Source of the DNA: Desulfuromonadales bacterium
GTDB taxonomy: Bacteria > Desulfobacterota > Desulfuromonadia > Desulfuromonadales > JAHYIW01
Direction of reading: 5' to 3'
NCBI GenBank assembly: GCA_029210745.1
Contig: JARGFI010000008.1
Coordinates: 4,187-68,186 of the forward strand
DNA: 64,000 nucleotides
In this document: positions 19,294 through 28,400 of the stretch, in pieces
Numbering within the stretch: position 1 is the first letter of the stretch
Layout of the letters: each line of letters opens with the position of its first letter
Notes under the pieces: generated by a model
Seen by the model: the letters and a program-made list of their open reading frames with translations, nothing else
Told to the model about the DNA's origin: nothing
Databases searched by the model: none
Made by a program: the position numbers and the translations under genes

Positions 19294-19334
19294 GGTCTGC
19301 GGATTGATATTTGTTGTTTAACTCAGTAAGATCC

Positions 19335-19371
19335 GGGGTCGGCGAAACTTTTCGTCGACCCCGTCTGCTTT
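19335..19371 (+). terminator. Rho-independent terminator of gdhA
   Basis: ggggtcggcgaa pairs with ttcgtcgacccc (one G-U pair), followed by gtctgcttt. Confidence 0.7.
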
Positions 19372-19375
19372 AAAT

Positions 19376-19786
19376 GTGAGATCAGTTTGCCCCTGCATGC
19401 TCCTCGGCCCCGGTCGCTGGGGGACATCAACCCCGTCGCTCGGCGTACCGGTCAATTTTTCAGAAATCTGCAACATGACCGTTCTCGGTGAAGTGGCGTT
19501 TCTCAGCGGCGGGCTGATGCCCGAGCTGTCGTACGGCTCACATTTTTTCCAGGACCTGGTTGAAGCGGATATCTTCTATACGGCGCTCTTCACGGAGAGC
19601 AACTTTTGTTTTTTCAATCGAGCGATGTTGAACGAACAGGATAACGCTTTGGAGGGGTTGTTACCGTCAAGTGGTCACTTCAAGAAGGTCGTCAAGGTGT
19701 TCTCCGTGCCGGAGCGTGATCTGGTGCTGGTGGCAGATGTTGTCAGTCAGCAACAGCTTTGTTATCGTAGCGGAGGAACTCGCTGA
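19376..19786 (+). pseudogene. C-terminal fragment of a PEP/pyruvate-binding (PEP-synthase-like) protein
   Basis: LLGPGRWGTSTPSLGVPV and ELSYGSHFFQDLVEADIFY resemble the C-terminal block of large PEP-utilising-like proteins, from memory. The ORF begins with GTG directly after the gdhA terminator and no N-terminal part is present. Confidence 0.45.
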
Positions 19787-19834
19787 TTGATCTTGATGAA
19801 AAAACTTCGTAACTATTCAGCTATCCGTCCAAGG

Positions 19835-19973
19835 GTCGTCATCCCCGAGTGATCCTGTCGGGGATCCAGACTTTCAACCCTGAAAAGCTGGATTCCGGCT
19901 AAAATCATGCAGGAATGACGCTGTAGGAGTCGCCTTCAGGCGCGATGGTTCGCGGCTAAAGCCGCTCCTACAG
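19835..19973. repeat. Cluster of REP/MITE-like palindromic elements
   Basis: cgtcatcc (19837-19844) pairs with ggaatgacg (19912-19920) around the inner hairpin tccccga/tcgggga. Next comes ctgtaggag...ctcctacag (19921-19973) with inner stems cgcc/ggcg and gcggc/gccgc. Confidence 0.6.
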
Positions 19974-20203
19974 AAGAGCTGAACAGTTACAAAATACGTT
20001 GATAAACCGCAATGGCTTTGAAAAATCCTGACCGAAAACAATCGTGGTATATACAGCCTGTCTATACCTGTTTAAAGAGCATGAATGCCGTCGGTGGTTA
20101 TCTGATTGGCTTGCCCCTGCGGTTGATCCCCTCCCCTGCCCACACGATCAAACTTGGAGATGAAAATAAACTTGATCCATAGAAAACGTCAACGAAAAAC
20201 GCC

Positions 20204-20998
20204 TCAACTGCGCAACCGATATCCCTTGCCGATCAGCAACGCCGCGATGCTGAACAGCGCCGTCGCCATCGCGGCAACCACCCCGAACGCCACCACAAAG
20301 GAGAGATCACCGACCCCGAGGATGGCGTGGCGGAAGCCGTCGATCAGGTAGAAAAGCGGGTTCAGGTGTGACAGCTTTGCCCAGAGCGGCGGCAGGATCG
20401 AGATCGGGTAAAAGACTCCGCCGAGATAGATCAAGGGCAGGATCAGGAAGTTGGTGTACATCGACAGCGCATCGAAATCGTTGGCGATGATCGCGACGAT
20501 CAGGCCGAACTGGGCGAAGAGGAAACTGGCGAGGGTCGCCATCACGATGGCCGCACCGGGGTGGACCCAAGGCAACCCGGCGAAGACGGTGGAGATTGCC
20601 CAGACCGCGCACCCGACCGCCAGCCCCCGCAGCATCGCCGCCAACGTATAGGCCATGATAAATTGCGGCGGGGTAATCGGCGTCACCAGCAGATCGACCA
20701 CATTGCCCAGATAACGCGACATGAAGAGCGACGACGCGGTATTGGCGAAGGAATTGTTGATCACCCCCATCAGGATCAGACCGGGGATGACGAACTGGGC
20801 GTAGCTGAACCCTTCGAGAACGCTGATGCGGTCACCGAGGGTGGCGCCGAAGACAAAGAGATAGAGCGACGCGGTGATAATCGGGGTAATCAGCGTCTGC
20901 GAGGCGACGCGCAAAAAACGCAGAATTTCTTTGTTGAACAGGGTCAGAAAAGGCAGCCAACGGTTGAAGGGCGGCAAGCGGTCCACGTCATGCGCCAT
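20204..20998 (-). CDS. ABC-2 type transporter permease (YadH-like)
   Basis: Six-TM ABC-2 profile. It overlaps the upstream ATPase gene by 11 nt. Confidence 0.85.
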   Translation of the reverse strand: MAHDVDRLPPFNRWLPFLTLFNKEILRFLRVASQTLITPIITASLYLFVFGATLGDRISVLEGFSYAQFVIPGLILMGVINNSFANTASSLFMSRYLGNVVDLLVTPITPPQFIMAYTLAAMLRGLAVGCAVWAISTVFAGLPWVHPGAAIVMATLASFLFAQFGLIVAIIANDFDALSMYTNFLILPLIYLGGVFYPISILPPLWAKLSHLNPLFYLIDGFRHAILGVGDLSFVVAFGVVAAMATALFSIAALLIGKGYRLRS

Positions 20999-21932
20999 GG
21001 TTTTCTCCTCCGTTCCCGGCCCCGATGCCGGTCAGTTGCAAAAAGATGTCCTCCAGATGTGGCTGGCGGGTGTCGACATCGACCACTTCGATGCCCGCTG
21101 CGCGCACCCGATCGAGAATTTCGCCGACGACACTGTCGGTCGCCAGAGTCAGCTCCAGCGCCAGGCCATCATTGCTCAGTCGCGGGCTGAACTGCGCCAA
21201 CGTGTCCGGCACCACGGTCAGCGCCTCTTTCAAAGTCAGCTCAAGGTGGCGTTGGCCGTGGCGGGCAGTCAGGTCAGTGGTCTTTTCGAGAGCGACCAGT
21301 TTGCCGTGATGCATGATCGCAATGCGGTCGCACATCTGCTCCGCCTCTTCGAGGTAGTGGGTGGTGAGCAGGATCGTCGTCCCCTGGGTGTTGATCTCGC
21401 GGACGAATTCCCACAGGGTATGCCGCAGCTCCACATCGACCCCGGCGGTCGGTTCGTCAAGAATCAGCAGGCGTGGCTTGTGAACCAGTGCCTTGGCGAT
21501 CATGAAGCGGCGCTTGAGGCCGCCGGAAAGTTTGAACATCACCTTCCCCAGATGCGGACGCAGACCAAGCCGGTCGATGAGCAGATTGCGCCAGGCGGGA
21601 TCATCGACAACGCCAAAGTATCCGGCATGAATCTTCAGCGCCCGCTCAATCGAAAAGAAGTTGTCGATGACAATTTCCTGATGCATCACGCCGGTCAATC
21701 GCCGGGCAGTGCGATAGTCACGCCGGTTGTCATAGCCGAAGATTGATATTGTCCCGCCACCGATGCGGGTGACCCCGGCGACCATGTTGATGGTGGTACT
21801 TTTCCCGGCGCCATTCGGTCCGAGGAGACCAAAGATCTCCCCCGGTTCGATGCTCAGGGTAAGGTCATCGACGACTTTGGGGCCACCGTAGTTTTTCTCC
21901 AGATTGCGAATATCGAGGGCAAGGCAGCTCAT
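20988..21932 (-). CDS. ABC transporter ATP-binding protein (YadG-like)
   Basis: Walker A GPNGAGKST, signature LSGGLKRR and Walker B LLILDEPT. The ATG at 21932 forms an ATGA overlap with the pepN stop. Confidence 0.9.
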   Translation of the reverse strand: MSCLALDIRNLEKNYGGPKVVDDLTLSIEPGEIFGLLGPNGAGKSTTINMVAGVTRIGGGTISIFGYDNRRDYRTARRLTGVMHQEIVIDNFFSIERALKIHAGYFGVVDDPAWRNLLIDRLGLRPHLGKVMFKLSGGLKRRFMIAKALVHKPRLLILDEPTAGVDVELRHTLWEFVREINTQGTTILLTTHYLEEAEQMCDRIAIMHHGKLVALEKTTDLTARHGQRHLELTLKEALTVVPDTLAQFSPRLSNDGLALELTLATDSVVGEILDRVRAAGIEVVDVDTRQPHLEDIFLQLTGIGAGNGGENHGA

Positions 21933-24592
21933 TGAGTTTCCCCTGCGGCACAATCAGTCAGGCTTTTGCTGACGATTTCCCGCACATCGCGGGACAGTTG
22001 GGCACCCGCGGCGATCCGTTCGAGCTGCGCTTTCATCAGCGCGCGACGGCCTTCATCATAGCGCCGCCAGCGACTCAAACAACCAGCCAGGCGCGCCGCG
22101 ACCTGCGGGTTGAGGGGATCGACCGCCAGCACCTGATCGGCTGCAAAGCGATAACCGGAACCGTCGGCGGCATGAAAAGCGGCGGGGTTGGCCGCGCAGA
22201 AGGTGCCAATCAGCGCCCGCACCTTGTTCGGATTTTTGATCGTGAAAGCGGGATGGGAGAGGAGCTCGATGACGTTGCCAAGGGTTGCATCTCCCGGCGC
22301 GGTGGCTTGCAGGGCAAACCACTTGTCGACCACCAGCGGATCGTTCTGCCAACGAAAATAGAAGGCGGCCAATGCCTCTTCGCGCTCCGGACGCGCCGCA
22401 TGAGCCAACGCGCCAAGGGCAGCGAGAACGTCGGTCATATTGTCGCTGTCGGTGAACTGCTGTTGAGCCAGGGCGACGACCTCATCTTCTTCAAGAACCA
22501 TCAAATACGCCAGACAGATATTGCGCAACGCCCGCCGCCCGATCGCCGCCGCGTCAAGGGTGAAGGGGCCATTGTCGGTCAGCTCCAGATAACGCTGGCG
22601 CAATGTCGGGCGCAGCGCCCGTGCCAGTTCCCGCCGTACAAACGTGCGCGCGGTATGGATCGCACCGGGATCAACCACCTCCAGCTGTTCCGCCAACCAG
22701 GTTTCGGTCGGCAACACCAACGCCCGGGCGACCAGCGCCGGATCGGTCGTCTGATCGGCCAGCACCTGACCAAAGGCCTCAATCAGGAGCGGCTCCAGCA
22801 CCAGGGGTTTCCCCGCCGTCGCGGTCGCCACCAGCCGCAGCAGGATCCGGTTCGCCAACTGTTGCCCGGCTTCCCAGCGGTTGAAGCTGTCGCTGTCGTG
22901 CGCCAGACGGAAAGCCAGGTCCCCCTCTGCTTCGTTGAACGCCAGCTTGACCGGCGCGGAAAAACCGCGCAGCACCGAAGCAACCGGGCGCTCGGGAACC
23001 GCCACAAAGGTAAATGTCTGCTCCATTTCGCTCAGCCGCAGCACCCGCGTGGTCGCGGTGGCGGGGCTCGCCTCACCTGCCAGTTGCAGCGGCAGGTCGG
23101 TGCCATCGCCACCAAGCAGACCGACCGCCACCGGAATCAGTTGCGCCAACTTCTGTGGCTGGCCGGGGGTCGGCGGTAGCTCCTGGCGCAAGGTCAGGGA
23201 AAAGCTCTGCCGCGCGGCGTCGTAGCTGGACTGCACGTGAACAGTCGGGGTGCCGGCCTGATCGTACCAGCGCTCAAACTGGCCGAGGTCCGCATGATTG
23301 GTGGTCGCCATCGCGCGGAGAAAATCCTCAATCGTTGCCGCCGCGCCGTCGTGTTTTGCCAGATAATGACGCAACCCGGCGCGAAACCCGTCCCGACCGA
23401 GCAAGGTCTGATACATGCGGATCACTTCCGCCCCCTTGTTGTAGATGGTGGCGGTGTAAAAATTGTTGATCTCCTCATAACTCGCCGGACGCACCGGGTG
23501 CGCCATCGGCCCGCCATCTTCGGGGAACTGACCGTTGCGCAACGTCTGCACATCGTCGATGCGCTTGACGGCGCGGCTGGTCATGTCAGCGGTAAATTCC
23601 TGATCACGGAAGACCGTCAACCCTTCCTTGAGACTGAGCTGAAACCAGTCACGACAAGTGACCCGGTTGCCGGTCCAGTTATGAAAATATTCGTGGCCGA
23701 TAACCTCTTCAATGGCGACAAAATCGGCATCGGTTGCCGTGTCGGGACGGGCCAGAACGTACTTGGAATTAAAGACGTTGAGCCCCTTGTTCTCCATCGC
23801 CCCCATGTTGAAATCGTCCACCGCCACGATCATGTAGATATCGAGGTCATATTCGAGTCCGTAGGTCTCCTCGTCCCACTGCATCGCGTGCTGCAACGCA
23901 CGCATGGCGTGGGCGCATTTATCCTGATTGCGTTCCTCGACATACAGGCGCAGCGCCACCTCGCGCCCGGAGCAGGTGATGAAACGATCTTCAATACAGA
24001 CCAGATCCCCCGCCACCAGTGCAAAGAGGTAGCTCGGCTTCGGAAACGGATCTTCCCACACCACCCGCTGCCGCCCGTCGCCAAGATCGCTGGACGCCAC
24101 CGGGTTGCCGTTGGAGAGCAGGATCGGATATTTATCGCGGTCGGCATCGATAGTGACGGTAAAACGGGCCGAGACGTCGGGCCGGTCGGGGTAGTAGGTG
24201 ATCTTGCGAAACCCTTGCGCCTCGCACTGGGTGCAGAACTTGCCGTTCGAGGTGTACAGCCCTTCGAGGGAAGTATTCCCCCCCGGATTGATCTCGGTCG
24301 TGACGCACAGCTCAAAAGCCTCGGGAACATCCTCAATGCGCAGCTCTTCATCATCAATCGTGAACGATCCCGCATCGACCGCCAGCGCATCGATCAGCAA
24401 TTCACGCAGCGTCAGCTGCCGTCCGAAAAGGACCAGCGCTCCCCCCGGCCCGGCGGGATTGCGCCGCACGTTGAGGCGCGAGCGAACAATGGTTGCCGCT
24501 TCGTCAAGCTCGAAGTGCAGTGCTACGCTGTCGATCAGATAAGCGGGCGGGGTGTAATCCTTGAGGGAGATTGTCGCTGGAGCAGTCGTCAT
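21929..24592 (-). CDS. pepN: Aminopeptidase N
   Basis: GAMEN, HEYFHNWTGNRVT...WFQLSLKEG zinc motif, 887 aa. Confidence 0.95.
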   Translation of the reverse strand: MTTAPATISLKDYTPPAYLIDSVALHFELDEAATIVRSRLNVRRNPAGPGGALVLFGRQLTLRELLIDALAVDAGSFTIDDEELRIEDVPEAFELCVTTEINPGGNTSLEGLYTSNGKFCTQCEAQGFRKITYYPDRPDVSARFTVTIDADRDKYPILLSNGNPVASSDLGDGRQRVVWEDPFPKPSYLFALVAGDLVCIEDRFITCSGREVALRLYVEERNQDKCAHAMRALQHAMQWDEETYGLEYDLDIYMIVAVDDFNMGAMENKGLNVFNSKYVLARPDTATDADFVAIEEVIGHEYFHNWTGNRVTCRDWFQLSLKEGLTVFRDQEFTADMTSRAVKRIDDVQTLRNGQFPEDGGPMAHPVRPASYEEINNFYTATIYNKGAEVIRMYQTLLGRDGFRAGLRHYLAKHDGAAATIEDFLRAMATTNHADLGQFERWYDQAGTPTVHVQSSYDAARQSFSLTLRQELPPTPGQPQKLAQLIPVAVGLLGGDGTDLPLQLAGEASPATATTRVLRLSEMEQTFTFVAVPERPVASVLRGFSAPVKLAFNEAEGDLAFRLAHDSDSFNRWEAGQQLANRILLRLVATATAGKPLVLEPLLIEAFGQVLADQTTDPALVARALVLPTETWLAEQLEVVDPGAIHTARTFVRRELARALRPTLRQRYLELTDNGPFTLDAAAIGRRALRNICLAYLMVLEEDEVVALAQQQFTDSDNMTDVLAALGALAHAARPEREEALAAFYFRWQNDPLVVDKWFALQATAPGDATLGNVIELLSHPAFTIKNPNKVRALIGTFCAANPAAFHAADGSGYRFAADQVLAVDPLNPQVAARLAGCLSRWRRYDEGRRALMKAQLERIAAGAQLSRDVREIVSKSLTDCAAGETQ

Positions 24593-24634
24593 GTGGTGGT
24601 CACTTTCATGGTTTGTTATTTGGGTAGGACTTGT

Positions 24635-24767
24635 TTCACCACGGAGGGCACGGAGGAAAACCAGGCTATGGGTAAATTCCTCGTTGCCCAGAAGCTTTGC
24701 GTAAAAGATTTTGAAGTAATCTAAATACTTTGACCTTCTTCGTGTCCTTCGTGCTCTTCGTGGTGAG
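24635..24767. repeat. Inverted pair of 'caccacg(a/g)ag...cacg(a/g)agga' REP elements
   Basis: ttcaccacggagggcacggaggaaaa (24635-24660) against the reverse complement of ccttcttcgtgtccttcgtgctcttcgtggtgag (24734-24767). A third copy lies at 55122-55150. Confidence 0.6.
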
Positions 24768-24776
24768 AATCAAAGA

Positions 24777-26180
24777 TTAAAATCTGGCGTTCCCCGGCGT
24801 GCGCGGAAAGGGGATCACGTCGCGGATATTCTCCATTCCGGTCACATACATCAGCAACCGTTCAAAACCAAGCCCGAAGCCGGCGTGAGGGCAGCCACCC
24901 CAGCGGCGGATATCGCGATACCAGTTAAGGGGTGCCGGATCGATACCGCAGGTACGCATCCGCTCATCGAGGACATCGAGGCGTTCTTCACGCTGGCTAC
25001 CGCCGATCAGTTCGCCGACCCGTGGCACCAGCAGATCCATCGCCGCGACCGTCCGGTCGTCGTCGTTGCGGCGCATGTAAAAAGCCTTGATCTCCTGCGG
25101 ATAATCGGTGACAAAAAGCGGGCCGTTAAAGACCTCTTCGGTCAGGTAACGCTCGTGCTCCGATTGCAGATCGCGCCCCCAGACCACCGGAAACTCAAAT
25201 GGACGGTCGGCTTTTTCGAGCAGTTTGACCGCTTCCGTATAGCTGATCGTTTCAAAGGTGGCCTGCGCCAGCGCTTCGAGCTTGGCCAGCAGCCCTGTTT
25301 CAATCCGCTCGTTGCAAAAGGCCAGATCTTCGCTGCACTCGTTGAGGGCAAAGGTGACCAGATAGCGCAGAAACGCCTCGGCCAGCTGACAATCGGCGGC
25401 CAGGTCGGCAAACGCCATCTCCGGTTCAATCATCCAGAACTCGGCGGCGTGGCGGCTGGTGTTGGAATTTTCAGCACGAAAGGTCGGCCCGAAGGTGTAG
25501 ATGTCGGAAAAAGCGGTGGCGAAGAGTTCCCCCTCCAGCTGACCACTGACGGTCAGCCCGGTGCGCTCGGCGAAGAAGTCCCGGCGATAATCGATCTGTC
25601 CCGCCACGCGCGGCGGCTGCTCCGCATCGAGGGTGGTGACACGGAACATCTCCCCCGCCCCCTCGCAATCGCTGGCGGTGATGATCGGCGTCTGGACATA
25701 CATGAAACCATGCTCGCGGAAGAATTGATGCACCGCGAACGCCAGTGCGCTGCGGATGCGAAAGACCGCGCCGAAGGCGTTGGCGCGCGGACGCAGGTGC
25801 GCGATTTCACGCATGAATTCAAATGAATGGCGTTTTTTCTGCAACGGATAATCTTCATCCGTCGTGCCGAGGATGGCAACCAGTGTCGCCTGCAGCTCCC
25901 ATTGCTGTCCTGCGGCGGGAGAGGCGACCAGCGCCCCGGTGACGGCCACGCAGGCCCCGGTGCCAAGGCGCGAAACTTCCTCATAATTGGGCAGTTTGGG
26001 GTCGAGAACGATCTGCAATGTGGCGCAACAGGAACCGTCGTTGAGGGCGATAAATGCGACATCCTTGCCGCGCCGGACGGTGCGCGCCCACCCTTTAACG
26101 GTAAGTTCCGTTAGCGGGGCGACGGCGGCGAGGAGCTGCTTGATCGGGGTGCGGCCAGTGAAGGTGATGACGTCGGTCAT
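24777..26180 (-). CDS. asnS: Asparagine--tRNA ligase
   Basis: Class II aaRS motifs (FRAENSNTSRHAAEFWMIEPE, GGSQREERLD, GFGLGFERL). The MTDVITF start was chosen and is good to +/-1 nt (see the rejected note). Confidence 0.92.
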   Translation of the reverse strand: MTDVITFTGRTPIKQLLAAVAPLTELTVKGWARTVRRGKDVAFIALNDGSCCATLQIVLDPKLPNYEEVSRLGTGACVAVTGALVASPAAGQQWELQATLVAILGTTDEDYPLQKKRHSFEFMREIAHLRPRANAFGAVFRIRSALAFAVHQFFREHGFMYVQTPIITASDCEGAGEMFRVTTLDAEQPPRVAGQIDYRRDFFAERTGLTVSGQLEGELFATAFSDIYTFGPTFRAENSNTSRHAAEFWMIEPEMAFADLAADCQLAEAFLRYLVTFALNECSEDLAFCNERIETGLLAKLEALAQATFETISYTEAVKLLEKADRPFEFPVVWGRDLQSEHERYLTEEVFNGPLFVTDYPQEIKAFYMRRNDDDRTVAAMDLLVPRVGELIGGSQREERLDVLDERMRTCGIDPAPLNWYRDIRRWGGCPHAGFGLGFERLLMYVTGMENIRDVIPFPRTPGNARF

Positions 26181-26330
26181 GATATAGTCCTTTTGCTCTT
26201 GCATGAAGCGAGCATTATTGCGGATTTGGACGGGGGATGCAAATTGAATTGCACTAACCGCCCAGGCAACAGGTCTACACCGACATTCTGGATTCAACGC
26301 AAAGGGATTGATTTAGCAGAGAAATAGGGC

Positions 26331-26362
26331 GCGCAACCGCCTTGTCAGTGGCGGTCGCGCTG
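26331..26362 (-). terminator. Hairpin downstream of the small minus-strand ORF
   Basis: gcgcaaccgcc pairs with ggcggtcgcgc (one G-U pair), followed on the minus strand by cctatttctct. Confidence 0.4.
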
Positions 26363-26369
26363 AAGATAT

Positions 26370-26585
26370 TTATTCTTCGCGACCGAGATGCTCCTGATAG
26401 CGTTCTTCAATAATCAGCGCCGGTTTGATCAACAGGGTCACAACAAAGAGCCCGACCGCCAATATTCCCAAGATAATCCAGCTTCCGGCAAAAAGCAGAC
26501 TTGATTTGGGCAATGGCCCGGCAACTGCTGACTGAGTCCTCATTCTTTTTTCAAGAGTTGAGACCTTATGCTTCTCTCTCCTCAT
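26370..26585 (-). CDS. Hypothetical small single-pass membrane protein
   Basis: 71 aa with one hydrophobic helix (LLFAGSWIILGILAVGLFVVTLLI) and its own downstream hairpin, but no clear RBS. Confidence 0.3.
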   Translation of the reverse strand: MRREKHKVSTLEKRMRTQSAVAGPLPKSSLLFAGSWIILGILAVGLFVVTLLIKPALIIEERYQEHLGREE

Positions 26586-26657
26586 GTAAATCTCATATTC
26601 ATAAAATTTGAAGCTAACATTCCGTCTCTATCTTTAGCTGCAGTAAAGGAGACCTAG

Positions 26658-27389
26658 ATGTCTGTATATCAGATTGAAAAAGGTGCGGGTTACCAGCCCG
26701 TATATCGCCAGATCAGCGAAAAGCTGAGCGAGGAAGTTCAAAGCTTTTATCATCCGGGCGATCTGTTGCCGCCCGAAAATGAACTGGCGTCGCTGTTTGG
26801 AGTCAACCGGCACACACTCCGCAAAGCAGTCGACGAACTGGTAGCCGATGGATTGGTCCAGCGTCAACACGGCAGGGGGGTCTATGTCCTCGATTCGGCA
26901 ATTAAGTATTCCATTGGCTCACGAACCAGGTTCACCGAAACGCTTGAGGGCCAAGGTTATTCGACTGCAAGCCAGGTGCTGGATAAGCAGGTCATCTCCG
27001 CCAGAGGGAAAGTCGCAAAACGGCTTGGAATTGCCGAAGGGGAGCGAGTGATCTATATCGAAAGCCTGCGCAAGGTTGAAGGGACCCCCTTTTGCCTGAT
27101 CTCCCACTATCTGCCGTTGTCTCTTGGCCCTGAGCTGTTCGAAAAATACAACAGCGGGTCATTACATAAATTTCTGGAAAAATCTTGTGCCATAAACCTG
27201 ACTCGTCAGGAAAGCCTGGTCAGCACAACTCTGCCTGACGCTGACGAAGGGAAAAAATTGCAGATGCCGCTGCGCATACCAATCCTGAAAGTCAAAAGTA
27301 TCAACATCGATACCAAGACCCAAAACCCTGTTGAATATGCAGTGACGCGGTTTCGTGGTGATGCCGCCGAACTCAGCTTTAACCCTTAA
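26658..27389 (+). CDS. phnF: GntR-family phosphonate utilisation regulator PhnF
   Basis: N-terminal wHTH (LPPENELASLFGVNRHTLRKAVDELV) plus a UTRA-like C-terminus. It heads the phn operon. Confidence 0.85.
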   Translation: MSVYQIEKGAGYQPVYRQISEKLSEEVQSFYHPGDLLPPENELASLFGVNRHTLRKAVDELVADGLVQRQHGRGVYVLDSAIKYSIGSRTRFTETLEGQGYSTASQVLDKQVISARGKVAKRLGIAEGERVIYIESLRKVEGTPFCLISHYLPLSLGPELFEKYNSGSLHKFLEKSCAINLTRQESLVSTTLPDADEGKKLQMPLRIPILKVKSINIDTKTQNPVEYAVTRFRGDAAELSFNP

Positions 27390-27412
27390 ATAATCGAATC
27401 GGAGAAAAGAAG

Positions 27413-28333
27413 ATGAAATCGAAAGCCTTGATCGCCCTGGCCCTGGTGGTTTCCTGTCTTGCTGGAGGGGTTTCTGCCGCTAACCTTCCAGATGGTTCCA
27501 AGGAGCGGCCCTTGCGTGTGCTCATGGTTCCTGCGGATACCGGCACAAATGACATTACCCGGGATTATGCACCGGTGTTCAACGGCATCACCAAAAATTA
27601 CGGCATTTACTTCGATATCAAGGCGGGCAACAGCTATGCGGCGGTCGTCGAAGGCATGTGTAACGATCAGGTCGACATTGCCTGGTTCGGCGCGTCGACC
27701 TATGGCCTGGCTAACGAAAAATGCGGTGTTGACCTGCTGGCCGTTGATGTTACCAAGGGGGATTCCTCCTACTACTCGGGCATCTTTACCCGTAAAGGGA
27801 ATGGCATCAAGTCGATTGCCGACCTGAAAGGCAAAAGCATGGCATTCGGCAGCCCCAATTCTACCTCATCCTTTAACTTCCCGGTGGCGATGTTGATTGC
27901 CGGGGGGATCGATCCAACAACTGACCTGAGCAAAATTATCATTGCCGGCTCCCACTCTGCGTCAATCGCTGCGCTTGCCGAAGGCAAGGTCGCCGCCGCC
28001 GCCGCCTCTTACAATTCCTTCGAAAAAGCCGTCAAAAAAGGTGCGATCGACCCGGAAAAATTTGCTCCACTGGCCAAGTCGCAACCGATCCCTAACCCGC
28101 CTCTGGCCATGAATAAAGGGCTGGACACTAACCTAAAGGAAAAGCTGCGTACCGCTTTCAATACTATCCACACTCAAATTGATCCTTCAAAAATCAGAGG
28201 TTACGGCGGCAAGAAAGTGGATCGCTACGATGCTGAATTTGATGAGAAGAAAATTTTCGACGCACTTTCCAAGCTGAGTGCCGTGACCAAACAGGTCAAG
28301 GAAAGCATGCTTGACAAAGCAGGAACGCGTTAA
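27413..28333 (+). CDS. phnD: Phosphonate ABC transporter substrate-binding protein PhnD
   Basis: Signal peptide, then DIAWFGASTY and SSYYSGIFTRK, typical of PhnD. Confidence 0.9.
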   Translation: MKSKALIALALVVSCLAGGVSAANLPDGSKERPLRVLMVPADTGTNDITRDYAPVFNGITKNYGIYFDIKAGNSYAAVVEGMCNDQVDIAWFGASTYGLANEKCGVDLLAVDVTKGDSSYYSGIFTRKGNGIKSIADLKGKSMAFGSPNSTSSFNFPVAMLIAGGIDPTTDLSKIIIAGSHSASIAALAEGKVAAAAASYNSFEKAVKKGAIDPEKFAPLAKSQPIPNPPLAMNKGLDTNLKEKLRTAFNTIHTQIDPSKIRGYGGKKVDRYDAEFDEKKIFDALSKLSAVTKQVKESMLDKAGTR

Positions 28334-28400
28334 GGGTCGAGACCAGAGACTGGCGGTGGAGAGACATCACTCTCCATCGCCGCTACAAAAGGAGTTTGGA

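Noticed and set aside
21932-24724. 415-aa and 495-aa plus-strand ORFs opposite pepN
   Set aside because: They are antisense to a full-length aminopeptidase N and have low-complexity Arg/Gly/Pro-rich translations with no recognisable domains.
25980-26298. Apparent 1-nt offset between my manual base counting and the ORF-track coordinates inside asnS (suggesting an indel or frameshift)
   Set aside because: The track gives one continuous 506-aa ORF with intact class II motifs, so the discrepancy is most likely my own character counting. The affected coordinates are given as +/-1 nt.
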